Origin: a virus
UHGV virus genome: UHGV-0870948
Direction: 5' to 3' (one strand)
DNA: 43,859 bases
Made by a program: the position numbers and the translations under genes. Positions 19,917 to 30,738 of the stretch are shown here, piece by piece (the first letter of the stretch is position 1; the number at the start of each line of letters is the position of its first letter). The notes under the pieces were generated by a model, which searched no databases, was not told the origin of the DNA, and saw nothing but the letters and a program-made list of their open reading frames with translations.

Positions 19917-20690
19917 TCAGGCGAGATAAGAATGAGGGTTGGGAAAAACGATTTCTTTATAACAGCGACAATTCGGGAGCTCGCCAGCGTGACCGGTCAT
20001 GCCATCAAGCGTTGGAGGTTTGCCCCATTCGACAAACTTACCTTCCATCTCCCGATGAGAATGCCGGACGTCGCCATCTTCGGCTGTACGCCAGATATAA
20101 CCATTCGAGCCGATTGACAGCGCACGCGCCTGATCCAGCGCGCCGGTTGCACGTCCAAGCTCGGTACGGGCGATAAGGTTCGCTCGTGAGCGTGACACGT
20201 CACCGGACGCTGCTATCTCTTTCGCGAATGGTTCAGCGCGGCCACCAGACACAACGGCCTCGATGGCCTTGTTCTGAATGTCATACACCCGATCGGCGGC
20301 CTCAAGAGGCAGTGACTTGATGTACTTAATTTGCTCGGCGACGATGGATTTCATCACCTGGCCTACCGGGGCGCGGTCGACCATGTTGCGCAGCTCTGCG
20401 CTGATGTTCCTGCTGTGCTGACGCCACTGCTTTTCATTCTGGCGCGCAATGTCGGCGGTAAAGTTCTCAGCAACCTTCGTCGCCCAGGGGGTGATGATTT
20501 CGCTGTAGCGCTCCAGCGCATCCATTATTTCGGTGACACTGTCATTTGAACCATCGTAGCGACCATTTACGATATCCCCGACCGCCCGCGCTATCTGCCG
20601 TAGGCTCGCTCGATATCGGATCTCCGCCTGGCGACTCTGGCGGTTTGTCGCCAAGTTCGCCGATGCCTGGCGGCGCTTCGTCTTCGGCAT
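19917..20690 (-). CDS. Minor head / head morphogenesis protein (Mu F / SPP1 gp7-like)
   Basis: 257-aa ORF after the portal gene; true start is probably an internal codon because the longest ORF overlaps the portal 3' end. Confidence 0.6.
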   Translation of the reverse strand: MPKTKRRQASANLATNRQSRQAEIRYRASLRQIARAVGDIVNGRYDGSNDSVTEIMDALERYSEIITPWATKVAENFTADIARQNEKQWRQHSRNISAELRNMVDRAPVGQVMKSIVAEQIKYIKSLPLEAADRVYDIQNKAIEAVVSGGRAEPFAKEIAASGDVSRSRANLIARTELGRATGALDQARALSIGSNGYIWRTAEDGDVRHSHREMEGKFVEWGKPPTLDGMTGHAGELPNCRCYKEIVFPNPHSYLA

Positions 20691-22008
20691 TCTCTATGTC
20701 CTCGTCGGTAATGGATGCCCCGATGCCGGTTACGTCAGAATTTTCGCGCAAATCGGTCATAGCGGCTTTCAGTGTCATCAGACCATCACCCAGCGCCGTA
20801 CTGATTGCGTTGGTAGTGTTTAACGCCACCGTTGAGCGGTCAACGTCAGACATTTGCCATAGCGGGTTAAACTCAAACGTGAAATCGTCCGGCAGCGGCT
20901 TACCGAGTTCCGAGCGGTGCATAATGTCCAGTATCCGGCGCATCGGCATACGTAAGCGGCGTTCCTGCAATGAGCTCACCCGGTCGTAATAGTTGGCAAG
21001 ATCTGCATCACCGGTAGAAAATCCTTTCGGGGACTGTCCGAACAACCGCACCAGTGGGATACCAACAGCGCCACTAATCTGTTCTGCAAACTGTGAAAGG
21101 ATGTCATCCAGACCACTGAAGCTGTACTGATGGGTTTCAAACTTATCCCGCGAGTCCATGAGCGTCATGCCTTCATTGCTCTGGAACTGTCGAATCAGGT
21201 CGATATTCTTCAGCAACGCTTCATACGCAGGACCACCAAGTGCGATAAGCTCACGTAGCTTCTCCACGCTGTAGGTACGCAGATGCGCCTTGTAGACCAG
21301 CTGCGCCGCACCGACAGTAGCGCTGTCGAACGCGGTAAGACGATCCCAGATACGCTCTACAACCGACATTCCCCATTCGTTCTCGGTCATCTTCTGCTGG
21401 AATGGCAGCGTCACCCCGTCGAAGCGAATCAGGCGACTGTGATGGATGCGCCAGGCTGGAATGCCCGTGGCAGTGGTCACCACATCGTAAAACTCAGGTT
21501 TGCCGAGATCCGGCCCCATCTCTTTAATGCGGCGTGTCAGCACCGGGTTAATCATCCAGCGGTCGAGCGGGAGAATGCCCTTAAACTTGCCTTCTCCAAT
21601 GGTTTCGAGCCGCAGCGGGGTCATTGGTGCCTGCCCCTCGATCATGATGAAGCCAACCGCACCGCCATAGAGACGCGACCATTTCAGCACGTCGTTCAGC
21701 GCATCCCAGATCTGCAACTCATCAAGTTGTGATTCGAGAATGCCGCGATCTTTTGCATCAATTTCCGAAGTGATGCGAATGCCTTTGCGGGTCATATCAT
21801 CCGGGATAGCGTCGACCGCTTCGCCGATGATCCAGGACGAACGATAGGACCATTCCACCAGCATGCGGTTGCGGCTGGTGAAGTTAGCCCGGTAGGTCGA
21901 TGCTGAGTGCTGGTTAGGCGTCTGCATTCCAACGCGGGCAACAAAGTTCTCATAGCCATCAGCGGTGGCCTGTGCCGTTCGCCGCGTGGCTTGTTTGTTT
22001 CGTGCCAT
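20542..22008 (-). CDS. Portal protein
   Basis: 488-aa ORF immediately after the terminase large subunit with ATGA-type overlap; acidic C-terminus. Confidence 0.7.
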   Translation of the reverse strand: MARNKQATRRTAQATADGYENFVARVGMQTPNQHSASTYRANFTSRNRMLVEWSYRSSWIIGEAVDAIPDDMTRKGIRITSEIDAKDRGILESQLDELQIWDALNDVLKWSRLYGGAVGFIMIEGQAPMTPLRLETIGEGKFKGILPLDRWMINPVLTRRIKEMGPDLGKPEFYDVVTTATGIPAWRIHHSRLIRFDGVTLPFQQKMTENEWGMSVVERIWDRLTAFDSATVGAAQLVYKAHLRTYSVEKLRELIALGGPAYEALLKNIDLIRQFQSNEGMTLMDSRDKFETHQYSFSGLDDILSQFAEQISGAVGIPLVRLFGQSPKGFSTGDADLANYYDRVSSLQERRLRMPMRRILDIMHRSELGKPLPDDFTFEFNPLWQMSDVDRSTVALNTTNAISTALGDGLMTLKAAMTDLRENSDVTGIGASITDEDIENAEDEAPPGIGELGDKPPESPGGDPISSEPTADSAGGRGYRKWSLRWFK

Positions 22009-23630
22009 CAGGCCTGTCTCCCTAGCAGCTCCCAGATGTTCAGGGCTGAATTCATTGGCGCGTAGCTGATCATCACCGAGTCGGCAAGGTTTGGCGACCG
22101 GGTTCCATCAGGCTGTTTATCAATAACGATTTTTCCCACACCATTAATGGAATAGGTCGGCTGCGAAAGCTCGATGATGAGTTTATCTTTGAGTGCCATG
22201 CTACTGCTGATTGAGATGATTTCGTCCGGGTTGTAAGCCATACCTTCAACCACGGCACGCCAGGTGTTCTGGAAAAGTTTACGTAACCGCCACCAGCTCT
22301 GGGCTTTGGCGTTAGCGAAGAAGTCCTTGTTCAGGCGGGCGGCCTGTCCGTTGTCACCGCGCACCGCTTCGTCGTCCGGATCAAATACCGCGCCACTACC
22401 TCGAAACGGTGTAGCGAGTATTGACGGTCGACGCGCAGCGTTACGCTGTTCGTTGATAGCGCGTGCATCGCCGCGAACGCCAGCGCCCAGCCCGTCCTCA
22501 TCAAAGCGAAACTCTTCGAGGTTGTCCTGTTCGCAAAAACCGAAGACCTTCTCGACGGACTGATAAATGTCGCTGCCCACACCGGACCATTCCCGCACAT
22601 TCTCCAGGAGGAAGCCATGACGGGTGGAAAAGGCATTTTTGTCCCTGCCTTCGTCGGCGACATCCATCGCGCCAAGTCGTTTGCCTGTTGGCTGGATCCC
22701 CAGTTTGATATGTGCATCAACGGCAGCCTGTACCCATTCGGATGGAATCAGGACGCCTTCCGCTGATGCGCTGTAGTTCAGGTCAAGTTCCTGTGCCACC
22801 ACCACCGGATTGTCGATTTTCTCGCATTCCCTGCGATACCACTCTTCATCCTTGCGAGGATCATCCCGCCAGTGGAATGTGAATACCGGTATCTTCCCGC
22901 CATGACGCTTCTGAGCGAACGGGTTCGCCATGCCGTTAACTGAACTCAGGTCAATACGGCAACGCGTCGTTTGTGACAACGCCGCATCAATCAGCAGAGG
23001 ACGCTGAAGGAATGCAGCCTCATCAACCAGATAAAGCGTGGTACGGTCACCACGGCCAATATTATCGCCAGCCTCACCTTTGATAACGGCACCAGTTTCA
23101 GGAAACTCAACGCGCATGTATGGTGCGTGCTTCTTTTCGTCCCACGAACCTCGAAACTCTACAGGTAGTGTTTCCACGAACTTGCGCGCCTTCCAGAACA
23201 ATGCTTTCGGGTCACCGGTGCTGTCGACGTATTCCTCTTTACGGGAGCCGAAACCGATAACCATTTCTTTGTTGAAGAGACAAAGCGAGCATGCCAGTCC
23301 GATCGCGGTCCAACTGAGCCCCATTTCACGGGATTTTTCGGTAATACCATTCTCCCGATTACCCCAGCGTTCCATAATCCAGTGGATCCACTCCTCCTGC
23401 TTAGGGAAGAGTAAAAACGGAATGGTCACCGGCAGGCCATAATCAATATTACGCGGGTCCGTTGTCATGCCCCAGTCGATGATGAACTGAGCCGGATTGG
23501 TGCGGTAAAACTGTTTTAGTGCAGGCAATATTTCAGGATTCTGGCGAATGCGCTGTAAGCGTTCCATCCGCCATTCAAAAACCATCTGGTAATCAGGATG
23601 TTTAAAATCGAAGGGGAATGGTAACGGCAT
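22008..23630 (-). CDS. Terminase large subunit
   Basis: 540-aa ORF following the small subunit; ATPase and nuclease-like segments. Confidence 0.8.
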   Translation of the reverse strand: MPLPFPFDFKHPDYQMVFEWRMERLQRIRQNPEILPALKQFYRTNPAQFIIDWGMTTDPRNIDYGLPVTIPFLLFPKQEEWIHWIMERWGNRENGITEKSREMGLSWTAIGLACSLCLFNKEMVIGFGSRKEEYVDSTGDPKALFWKARKFVETLPVEFRGSWDEKKHAPYMRVEFPETGAVIKGEAGDNIGRGDRTTLYLVDEAAFLQRPLLIDAALSQTTRCRIDLSSVNGMANPFAQKRHGGKIPVFTFHWRDDPRKDEEWYRRECEKIDNPVVVAQELDLNYSASAEGVLIPSEWVQAAVDAHIKLGIQPTGKRLGAMDVADEGRDKNAFSTRHGFLLENVREWSGVGSDIYQSVEKVFGFCEQDNLEEFRFDEDGLGAGVRGDARAINEQRNAARRPSILATPFRGSGAVFDPDDEAVRGDNGQAARLNKDFFANAKAQSWWRLRKLFQNTWRAVVEGMAYNPDEIISISSSMALKDKLIIELSQPTYSINGVGKIVIDKQPDGTRSPNLADSVMISYAPMNSALNIWELLGRQA

Positions 23631-23632
23631 AC

Positions 23633-24187
23633 TTAGCCCATCATTTTTCTATACGCCTCTGCAGCCTGCTCCGGCGTTAAGTTGGTAATTTCTGTTCTGA
23701 CTGGTCCTCCGTCAGCACCAGTCACTTCATTTTTGACATTGTCTTTAAACGCCTGAACAGAAACATGACGCCCGAGCAACTCAAGGTTTTTAACCTTATC
23801 AGGCCATTTGATTTTCTTCAGGAGAGCAGCACTATCTGCTGATGCCATCTCGACGACATCCATTCCTGATAGCGTTGTACGCCACACCTTAGGCCAGTCT
23901 TTAATCGGCTTCAGTTCGCCATTGGCAAGCAGAATGTCAAGCACGTCCATCTGATCGATTTCAGTCAGCCGTCGCAATACATAGGCAGCGTCTATACCTA
24001 CCTCTTCATTGCGTTCAGCCTTTAGCTCAGCAATGCGATCTGCTATGTCAGGTTTTGACAGGTTCTCGCTACCAGTGGCGCGAGCAGTTTTCTCGCTGTA
24101 ACCCGCCCTGATAGCTGCCTGAGTGGCGTTTAAATCTTTCAGGTACTCACGGGCAAACAGCTCTTGTTTGTCGGTGAGCTTTGCCAT
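23633..24187 (-). CDS. Terminase small subunit
   Basis: [31 protein letters not shown]... is the characteristic N-terminal HTH of this terminase small-subunit family. Confidence 0.8.
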   Translation of the reverse strand: MAKLTDKQELFAREYLKDLNATQAAIRAGYSEKTARATGSENLSKPDIADRIAELKAERNEEVGIDAAYVLRRLTEIDQMDVLDILLANGELKPIKDWPKVWRTTLSGMDVVEMASADSAALLKKIKWPDKVKNLELLGRHVSVQAFKDNVKNEVTGADGGPVRTEITNLTPEQAAEAYRKMMG

Positions 24188-24540
24188 TGTTGGCTCCGTT
24201 TATCCGTTAAAAGGGATATCAGTTAAGTTATCCCGTGTAGGGTATAAGCCATTGTCGAGACCACTCATTGAATGGCCTCTGCAATAACCGATGTCTTTCC
24301 ATCAGTCCGCCACCACAAAGAATCTTTTTTGCCATAAGGCAGGAGGTTCATCTTTCAGTGGCTGCCAGTGTTATTTCCCCACTTACTGCTTGGGTTGTTT
24401 CGTGGTACTGCCGTTAACTGGTGGCGCACAGATTTAGTTAAATCCGTTCTCGCATGATCCAGCTTTTACATACCTGGATTGTGAGGGATGTAAATCACGG
24501 TTTCATTATCAAGCCCACCAGTAGATGGGCTTTGGAATGG

Positions 24541-25059
24541 TCACTTTGGCAGTCCGGGGATCGATATTTGCGCCTGCTGCTCAAGCCTTTCGATTCTTGC
24601 TATGAGTTGCGGTTTTTTGATCCTGCCCCAGCGGTTCAGCAAGCGTCCTGACATACTGGCAACATCCTTTTCCTTCATGAACTCCAGCATTAACTCGTTG
24701 TGCTCTCTTTGGTATGAGTGAGCCAACTCCATCAGCCTGTCACGCATCCAATTAAATGCTTTGATAAACGCCTCTTTGATGGCGGCAGCTTTTTTGCCGG
24801 TAAACGACATGATGATGTACATCGCGCCGTCTTTGGAAATTTCATATTCAACATACTGATTACCCTTGTGTTCATAGGTAACCCGCGAAAAGTTGCTGGT
24901 TAGAAATTCATCCGAACAGTCTAGCTTTTCGATTTTCTGAATGATGTGGTGATGCTGCTTGTCGAAGTAAGCTGCTACCTTGCGGGAGGTTGTGATCACG
25001 CGATCACCAGAAACAACCACCATGTCCCGGAAATCGAGATTAGCCAATTGATGATTCAT
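24541..25059 (-). CDS. Rha-family phage regulatory protein (antirepressor-like)
   Basis: MNHQLANLDFRDMVVVSGDRVITTSRKVAAYFDKQHHHIIQKIEKL...; start taken at the internal ATG preceded by AAGG. Confidence 0.6.
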   Translation of the reverse strand: MNHQLANLDFRDMVVVSGDRVITTSRKVAAYFDKQHHHIIQKIEKLDCSDEFLTSNFSRVTYEHKGNQYVEYEISKDGAMYIIMSFTGKKAAAIKEAFIKAFNWMRDRLMELAHSYQREHNELMLEFMKEKDVASMSGRLLNRWGRIKKPQLIARIERLEQQAQISIPGLPK

Positions 25060-25203
25060 AGCGTCTTTACCTTTTAGAAAGTGAGCCTGTCTCACAGAAA
25101 AGCCGCCCGAGAGAGGTCGCCACCTATAACGGCTTTTCTCAGGCTCGCTTACTGAAAGGCTCTCGTTAATATGCGCGTGAGATGCGCTGTGAAATTCAGA
25201 TAT

Positions 25204-25228
25204 AAAAAAGCCCCGCACCGCGAGGCTC
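25204..25228 (-). terminator. Putative rho-independent terminator after the lysis cassette
   Basis: GC-rich imperfect hairpin followed by a T-run on the minus strand just downstream of the Rz stop. Confidence 0.4.
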
Positions 25229-25259
25229 ATTAAATTGACTTTGTGATTTGCAAAAAAAT

Positions 25260-25718
25260 TTATTTCAGGCATTGCGTCCTGATGTACTCCTGCAGGTAGT
25301 TAACCTGCGCGGTTATCTTGTCGATTCCACTTCGGAGACGGTAATAATTGAGTTCAGCATCTGCTGTAAGTCCTGGGCTTTCTCCATCGCCCATGCCGCT
25401 GGCTCCGGTCGTTGACTTTGCACAGGTGGCGGCGACTTGCAGGCGCTTACGACCAGCAGAAACATCAGCACGGAGACTTTCGATAGTCGCGTTAGCATCA
25501 GCAAGCTCCTTTGTATATCTGGCATCGAGTTCTGCTACGTCACGTTGACGCTTCTGCATGTCAGCGATGGTGGCGTTCGCCTTCTCCAGTTCACTGGCCT
25601 TGTTATCGCGCTGCTCTTTGTAGGTCATGGCGTTATCACGGTAATGATTAACAGCCCATGACAGACAGACGATGATGCAGATAACCAGAGCGGAGATAAT
25701 CGCGGTGACTCTGCTCAT
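25260..25718 (-). CDS. Rz: Spanin, inner-membrane subunit Rz
   Basis: 152 aa, N-terminal TM helix then coiled coil, directly after the endolysin gene. Confidence 0.85.
   Translation of the reverse strand: MSRVTAIISALVICIIVCLSWAVNHYRDNAMTYKEQRDNKASELEKANATIADMQKRQRDVAELDARYTKELADANATIESLRADVSAGRKRLQVAATCAKSTTGASGMGDGESPGLTADAELNYYRLRSGIDKITAQVNYLQEYIRTQCLK
25313..25498 (-). CDS. Rz1: Spanin, outer-membrane lipoprotein subunit Rz1 (embedded in Rz, +1 frame)
   Basis: ORF inside Rz: [33 protein letters not shown] with lipobox VVSAC and Pro-rich mature part. Confidence 0.7.
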   Translation of the reverse strand: MLTRLSKVSVLMFLLVVSACKSPPPVQSQRPEPAAWAMEKAQDLQQMLNSIITVSEVESTR

Positions 25719-26191
25719 ACCTCAATCTCTCTGACCGTTCCGCCAGCTTCTTTGAATTTGGCAATCAGACTATCGATCTTGTGTTCATACTGACCGTAGC
25801 CAGCACCGGGCAATGAAGCCCAAATATTGCTGCAACGATCAATAGCCTGACGAATATCACCGCGATCAATCATCGGCAAAGCGCCACGTTCCTTAATCTG
25901 CTGCAGCGCAACAGCGTCCTGGCTTTTGGGAGAGAAGTCTTTCAGGCCAAGCTGCTTACGATAGGCATCCCACCAACGGGAAAGAAGCTGATAGCGACCG
26001 GCTGCTGTTGATTTGAGTTTTGGGTTTAGCGTGACAAGTTTGCGAGGGTGATCTGAGTAATCAGTGAATAGCTCTCCGCCTACAATGACGTCATAACCAT
26101 GATTTCTGGTTTTCTGCCGTCCGTTATCAGTTCCCTCCGACCACGCCAGCATATCGAGGAACGCCTTACGTTGATTATTGATTTCCACCAT
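25715..26191 (-). CDS. R: Endolysin R (lambda-type lytic transglycosylase)
   Basis: 158 aa, [39 protein letters not shown]...; essentially the lambda R sequence from memory. Confidence 0.9.
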   Translation of the reverse strand: MVEINNQRKAFLDMLAWSEGTDNGRQKTRNHGYDVIVGGELFTDYSDHPRKLVTLNPKLKSTAAGRYQLLSRWWDAYRKQLGLKDFSPKSQDAVALQQIKERGALPMIDRGDIRQAIDRCSNIWASLPGAGYGQYEHKIDSLIAKFKEAGGTVREIEV

Positions 26192-26498
26192 CTTCTACTC
26201 CGGCTTTTTTAGCAGCGAAGCGTTTGATAAGCGAACCAATCGAGTCAGTACCGATGTAGCCGATGAACACGCTCGTTATATAAGCGAGATTGCTACTTAG
26301 TCCGGCGAGGTCGAGAAGATCACGAATGAACCAGGCGATAATGGCGCACATCGTTGCGTCGATTACTGTTTTTGTAAACGCACCGCCATTATATCTGCCG
26401 CGAAGGTACGCCATTGCAAACGCAAGGATTGCCCCGATGCCTTGTTCCTTTGCCGCGAGAATGGCGGCTAACAGGTCATTTTTTTCTGGCATCTTCAT
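26175..26498 (-). CDS. S: Holin S (lambda-type, dual-start MKM motif)
   Basis: 107 aa, [39 protein letters not shown]...; near-identical to lambda S. Confidence 0.9.
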   Translation of the reverse strand: MKMPEKNDLLAAILAAKEQGIGAILAFAMAYLRGRYNGGAFTKTVIDATMCAIIAWFIRDLLDLAGLSSNLAYITSVFIGYIGTDSIGSLIKRFAAKKAGVEDGGNQ

Positions 26499-26740
26499 GT
26501 CTTACCCCCAATAAGGGGATTTGCTCTATTTAATTAGGAATATGGTCGGTTACTGATAGAACAAATCCAGGCTACTGTGTTTAGTAATCAGATTTGTTCG
26601 TGACCGATATGCACGGGCAAAACGGCAGGAGGTTGTTAGGGCAACCTCATGCCACCCGCTTTCACGAAGGTCATGCGTAGAATGCCGCAGCGTAACTATC
26701 ACTGATGAATTCAGGATAGCCAGTGGCTACGGCTCAGTTA

Positions 26741-26816
26741 TGGTGCTGGTTAACGGACTTGAACCGCTACCCATTCGCTTACAAGGCGACTGCTCTACCA
26801 TTGGAGCTAAACCAGC
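26741..26816 (-). tRNA. tRNA-Thr (anticodon UGU)
   Basis: Hand-folded cloverleaf: 7-bp perfect acceptor stem, D stem GCTC/GAGC, anticodon loop CTTGTAA, T loop TTCAAGT, 3' ACCA; 76 nt. Confidence 0.65.
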
Positions 26817-26821
26817 ATATT

Positions 26822-26896
26822 TGGCGGGACAGCGTGGACTCGAACCACGATAAGAAGGTTAACAGCCTTCCGTAATGACCTTTATACGACTGACCC
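26822..26896 (-). tRNA. tRNA-Asn-like (anticodon GUU), possibly degenerate
   Basis: T arm CGTGG-TTCGAGT-CCACG, anticodon arm GAAGG-CTGTTAA-CCTTC, 3' GCCA; one acceptor-stem and one D-stem mismatch. Confidence 0.4.
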
Positions 26897-26959
26897 AAAT
26901 AAAAAAAGCCACCGTTGCAACTTAAGAGTCACTAACGGCAGCTTACCCTCTAATTATGG

Positions 26960-28141
26960 CTAAATGGCTAATTGCATGTCAAGGCTTTTAACGGCAACAT
27001 GCTTAACTTTCTCAACACGTTTACGCATTTTGAAAGCATTTTGCATTGGCTGGTATAAAACAAATAATGACGCTTTCAGGATGTCGTCAATTTCGTTTCT
27101 ACAGGTTGCCAGTGAAGGTTTTCTCCATCCCTCGCCACCACGTCCACACATCTTGCGTGGCTTTGCAGTCGCGTGATAGTAGGATGCAATTGCTCGCTTA
27201 GATGAACCATGAGCGTAGTAGCTGAGGAGGATGCCAAAGGCTTTCTTGTCAATGTACATGACGGAATCGACGACCTGAGAAATCAACATTCCATCATCAT
27301 CATTGCACATTGGCCTTGTCATAACTCTTCCCGGCTCTACGCTCTCCATGAACTTCGCTATTACGCTGCTCATGCGCTTTTCCAGACGACCTGAATAAAC
27401 CCATGCGCCCCACAGTTCAAGCCAGCCATTCAGCCACTCGTGCTGCTCTTTGGTGAGGTTTAGTTCTCTTATGCCCACGCGCCTTCTCCCTGTACCTGAA
27501 TCAATGTGAGGTTTTCCGCAGAACACTGCGCCGGTATCGATATACATCTGGTTGGCAAACTTGAGTAGTTTCACTGCTGGCGTATGACCAAAGATGAACG
27601 TGTCAGCTCCTTTGATTTCTTTCACGATCCCGTCTTGTGAGTTGCTGATTCGTTCGCGGTTCCAGATTACCTGCTGATGATCAACTGGCTTTCCAAATTC
27701 GTATTCGTCACAAGGATAATCGGCGTGGCAGATGACATATTTTTTACCTTCGCTCACCAGTTCGATGATTAACGGAAGTTCATCTGCTTTATGGGCAAGA
27801 GCTTTAGCCAGAATTTCTTTGTCGTAATCGAGATTAAAGAACCAGCCACCGCCATTAAACAGCCAGTGATTGACGTTTCCGCGCTCTGATAAGCCATCAA
27901 TCATCATTTGCTCATGGTTTCCACGTACAACTCGGAACCAGGGGAATGTGATTAATTCCAGACATTCGACGTTCTCTGTACCGCGATCGACCAAATCGCC
28001 AACCGAGATAAGCAGGTCTTTTTTGGTGTCGAATCCTATCGTCTCCAGTTTTTTCATCAGGTTCGTGTAGCATCCGTGCAGATCGCCAACTACCCAAATA
28101 TTTCGGTATTTGCTGCCATCAATTCTTTCGTAATAGCGCAT
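26960..28141 (-). CDS. NinI-type Ser/Thr phosphatase domain continuous in frame with a Q-like late antiterminator domain (fusion or frameshift)
   Basis: N-terminal part matches lambda NinI (GDLHGC...GNHE); C-terminal part has Q-like motifs LELWGAW and [11 protein letters not shown]; no stop between them; the alternative frame after the A4 run encodes [14 protein letters not shown]-stop. Confidence 0.6.
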   Translation of the reverse strand: MRYYERIDGSKYRNIWVVGDLHGCYTNLMKKLETIGFDTKKDLLISVGDLVDRGTENVECLELITFPWFRVVRGNHEQMMIDGLSERGNVNHWLFNGGGWFFNLDYDKEILAKALAHKADELPLIIELVSEGKKYVICHADYPCDEYEFGKPVDHQQVIWNRERISNSQDGIVKEIKGADTFIFGHTPAVKLLKFANQMYIDTGAVFCGKPHIDSGTGRRRVGIRELNLTKEQHEWLNGWLELWGAWVYSGRLEKRMSSVIAKFMESVEPGRVMTRPMCNDDDGMLISQVVDSVMYIDKKAFGILLSYYAHGSSKRAIASYYHATAKPRKMCGRGGEGWRKPSLATCRNEIDDILKASLFVLYQPMQNAFKMRKRVEKVKHVAVKSLDMQLAI

Positions 28142-28325
28142 CTCTTTCACTCCATCCGCGATGAACCATGAGAACGTCGTTGACGATGGCGTGCATTTTC
28201 CCGTCTTTATCATCAACGTATTTTCTGACCGTGCCGCGACTACATTTCAGTCTGCGTGCTACTTCTGTCTGGTTTCCGTATGCTTCAACGAGCATGTCTG
28301 GAATGGTTTTTACTGAGAACGTCAT
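28119..28325 (-). CDS. ninH: NinH
   Basis: 68 aa, [36 protein letters not shown]...; lambda NinH-like HTH. Confidence 0.8.
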   Translation of the reverse strand: MTFSVKTIPDMLVEAYGNQTEVARRLKCSRGTVRKYVDDKDGKMHAIVNDVLMVHRGWSERDALLRKN

Positions 28326-28927
28326 GCGGCCTCACTTCTGCTATTTCGCAGGTCTTTGAGTTTCTGTTGGTACTCTGCCTTGATCGCCTTGCACTCTTCG
28401 ATAGTCCAGCGATGGCGGTTATGGTTTGATTCGATTTCGTCTACTGCTTCCTGCCCGATGCGGATAATCAGTTCGACGCGATACGGAACGAGATTTCCAC
28501 TTTTGTGCTGGTTGCACACCACGCATTGCTTGTGAATATTGCGTTCATCAAATCGGAGTTGAGGTGCCGCAGCAGTTGTCCGGTAATGTCCGGCATCCCA
28601 CTGAGCAGACGTGAGCGTTCCGCACGAGATACATGGTAAGTCGCGGTCTCTTTCTCTGATGAAGGCGTTTACGGCTTGTTGGGCTTGTTTAATCCAGTAA
28701 CTGCGGGGCTTTAAGGCGAGTTTTCGAATCTTCAGTTTATCTTTCTGTTTCTGCTCCTCTCGTCGTCGTTTCTTCTCTGCTGCTTTTTCCGCTTTTTTTC
28801 GCTGTTTACTTTGTAGTTTGAGTGCTAACTGAGTTCCGTGTTCCGGGCAGCACCACCACTGATTTGAGAATGCCGGGTGAAACCATTCCTTGCATATTTT
28901 GCATTTCCTTCGCGCTGGTTTAGCCAT
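28322..28927 (-). CDS. ninG: NinG (Rap) recombination endonuclease
   Basis: 201 aa, [31 protein letters not shown]...; lambda NinG-like. Confidence 0.85.
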   Translation of the reverse strand: MAKPARRKCKICKEWFHPAFSNQWWCCPEHGTQLALKLQSKQRKKAEKAAEKKRRREEQKQKDKLKIRKLALKPRSYWIKQAQQAVNAFIRERDRDLPCISCGTLTSAQWDAGHYRTTAAAPQLRFDERNIHKQCVVCNQHKSGNLVPYRVELIIRIGQEAVDEIESNHNRHRWTIEECKAIKAEYQQKLKDLRNSRSEAA

Positions 28928-29096
28928 CGTCTTCTTCCTCGTACATTGAGCTATTCGGATCGCTCATCAGTTCTGCGCAGCAGTGCTCACACACGTGAAC
29001 TTCCAGCACATGCAGCTTTTGACCGCAGTTAGCGCACGTTAAAGCCCGCTCGACGCTTTCTTTCTGGTATTGAAGGGATTGGGATGGGCTAAGCAT
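28920..29096 (-). CDS. ninF: NinF-like small Cys-rich protein
   Basis: 58 aa not in the ORF track: [58 protein letters not shown]; stop overlaps the ninG start. Confidence 0.65.
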   Translation of the reverse strand: MLSPSQSLQYQKESVERALTCANCGQKLHVLEVHVCEHCCAELMSDPNSSMYEEEDDG

Positions 29097-29454
29097 TATT
29101 GGCGTCCTGCATCATGAGAAAGACAATCATGGCGGCGCGGAGTGGGTTTTCATCTTGAGTCATATGATATGGGGTACTATCACTGCCAACTTTTCTATGC
29201 GCTGCCTTCCATAATCCATTTTCTGGCGCTGGAATAATGCCAATTCTGTTCTCTACGATAATCGGCTCTGCGTCTGATGGGCTTTTACAGTAATCAACCG
29301 TTTTTATTGCATAACCAGTTTCGTCATCCCACTCAACACCAACGATTGATGTTCCCAACTTTGCGATTTCGCAATCTTCGGGAGCAAATCCACAGCAAAT
29401 TGCCACTCGCTTGTTAATTTCAAAATCACTTAACTGTGAATAATCCATTGTCAT
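29089..29454 (-). CDS. nin-region protein (hypothetical)
   Basis: 121 aa from internal ATG ([23 protein letters not shown]...); ATGA overlap with the upstream small gene. Confidence 0.5.
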   Translation of the reverse strand: MTMDYSQLSDFEINKRVAICCGFAPEDCEIAKLGTSIVGVEWDDETGYAIKTVDYCKSPSDAEPIIVENRIGIIPAPENGLWKAAHRKVGSDSTPYHMTQDENPLRAAMIVFLMMQDANNA

Positions 29455-29627
29455 TTCCTCGCACGATGTCTTAGCCACCGGATATCCCACAGGTGAGCCG
29501 TGTAGTTGAAGGTTTTTACGTCAGATTCTTTTGGGATTGGCTTGCGTTTATTTCTGGAGCGCTTCGTTGGAAGGTATTTGCAGTTTTCGCAGATGATGTC
29601 GGTGATACTTCGTCGCTGTCGTCTCAT
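29451..29627 (-). CDS. NinD/NinE-family small basic protein
   Basis: 58 aa not in the ORF track: [58 protein letters not shown]; preceded by AGGAGG. Confidence 0.65.
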   Translation of the reverse strand: MRRQRRSITDIICENCKYLPTKRSRNKRKPIPKESDVKTFNYTAHLWDIRWLRHRARK

Positions 29628-30034
29628 TCGTACCTCCTGTCGGTAAATCTGACACCCTTACCAATAGCCCATGCTGTCGTGTACTCAATCAGACTTGCCA
29701 TACGCTTCACGCTCATCTGTGCGCTGCTCTCACGAATGTTGACGTATTCGCCTTCAAGCCCGGGCAAAACATCAGCTTCCTGCTTTGTCGCCACTGCATG
29801 ACCGCTTATCAACAAAACCTTCCATTGTTCTGGTTTTAACCATTTATCGCACCATTGAACCTGACGTGCGATATCCGCCAGCATCGCGTGAAATTTTGCG
29901 TTCTGGTCAAGGTTGCGCTTGTAGTCAGTAATGCGGATTGTGACTGGCTTGTCTTTATCGAGTGGTGTTGCGAGGATGGCATTTATTGCAGCTTGCTGTT
30001 GTTGCTTAGTTCGGAGGAAGATTGTTTGCTTCAC
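29624..30034 (-). CDS. ninB: NinB recombination protein
   Basis: 136 aa, lambda NinB-like (…[31 protein letters not shown]…). Confidence 0.8.
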   Translation of the reverse strand: MKQTIFLRTKQQQQAAINAILATPLDKDKPVTIRITDYKRNLDQNAKFHAMLADIARQVQWCDKWLKPEQWKVLLISGHAVATKQEADVLPGLEGEYVNIRESSAQMSVKRMASLIEYTTAWAIGKGVRFTDRRYE

Positions 30035-30045
30035 TGAATACTCCT

Positions 30046-30237
30046 TTATTTTTTATGCCTGTAACCCCATTCTTCCAGCAACCTTGCGGCGTACCACCCA
30101 AGAAACAAAGGAAAGAACATTACAATGAGATATTCCCCGCCACGGTCAATGTTCGAAATTGACCAGATTACGATGTAACCAGTGCAGGACAGGAATATTA
30201 CAAACCCCAAAAAGCTACTTCGTCGACTCATGCTCAC
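30046..30237 (-). CDS. Small membrane protein (hypothetical)
   Basis: 63 aa with two hydrophobic segments. Confidence 0.4.
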   Translation of the reverse strand: MSMSRRSSFLGFVIFLSCTGYIVIWSISNIDRGGEYLIVMFFPLFLGWYAARLLEEWGYRHKK

Positions 30238-30530
30238 TCCTTCACTTTGATTCCAGCAGCGCGGATGTTTTCCTCATAAGCATCCATTGCATCACCGAAG
30301 CCATTGGAATAATCAACAGTAAACCCTTTGGCTAATGCTTCTCTGCTGTCGATAAACTTTGGCGCGGTTATTTCAATATCTGCTCGCGATGCCTGCCACG
30401 CCTCCCATGCAATCTCGACCTTGATGTGCATAATCTTCATCACGTCACTTGAAACGTGATATTTGTTTTTAAACCATTCTTCAAACTGCTTTCTTGATTC
30501 GTCCATATCACTCTCCGTTAGTAGTTTCAC
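30234..30530 (-). CDS. Hypothetical early protein
   Basis: 98-aa ORF coupled to neighbours. Confidence 0.4.
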   Translation of the reverse strand: MKLLTESDMDESRKQFEEWFKNKYHVSSDVMKIMHIKVEIAWEAWQASRADIEITAPKFIDSREALAKGFTVDYSNGFGDAMDAYEENIRAAGIKVKE

Positions 30531-30729
30531 TCACGAATCTGACAAAACCAGCCATGTTAATTTGCATGAGTTTTTTCAACACCTTGTCTCTTCGACTACG
30601 TTTTGGTTTTGGCCTGTGGTTGAATCTTTCACAAACTGGAAGTCTCGATGATTTCCAGTACCTATTACGCCTTGCTCCATCTTCAGCCATATCGGCATGA
30701 ATAAGGTCTGCGAGTGTGCTCATATTCAC
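30508..30729 (-). CDS. Hypothetical early protein
   Basis: 73-aa basic ORF. Confidence 0.35.
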   Translation of the reverse strand: MNMSTLADLIHADMAEDGARRNRYWKSSRLPVCERFNHRPKPKRSRRDKVLKKLMQINMAGFVRFVSETTNGE

Positions 30730-30738
30730 CTCTTCCAG

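Noticed and set aside
8953-21732. Plus-strand ORFs within the structural region (for example 8953..9576, 11936..12439, 18668..19342, 20546..20989, 21283..21732)
   Set aside because: All lie antisense to long, translationally coupled minus-strand structural genes; no RBS or operon context supports them.
26559-26650. Inverted repeats GAACAAATC...GATTTGTTC and GAGGTTG...CAACCTC between the tRNA genes and S as a possible PR'/qut element
   Set aside because: No adjacent T-run or clear promoter hexamers; a late-promoter or qut assignment could not be supported by eye.
26960-28216. Treating the full 418-aa ORF (including 25 codons upstream of the phosphatase Met) as one ordinary gene
   Set aside because: The first 25 codons overlap ninH and precede the conserved NinI start; the two halves match unrelated families, so a fusion or frame artefact is more likely.
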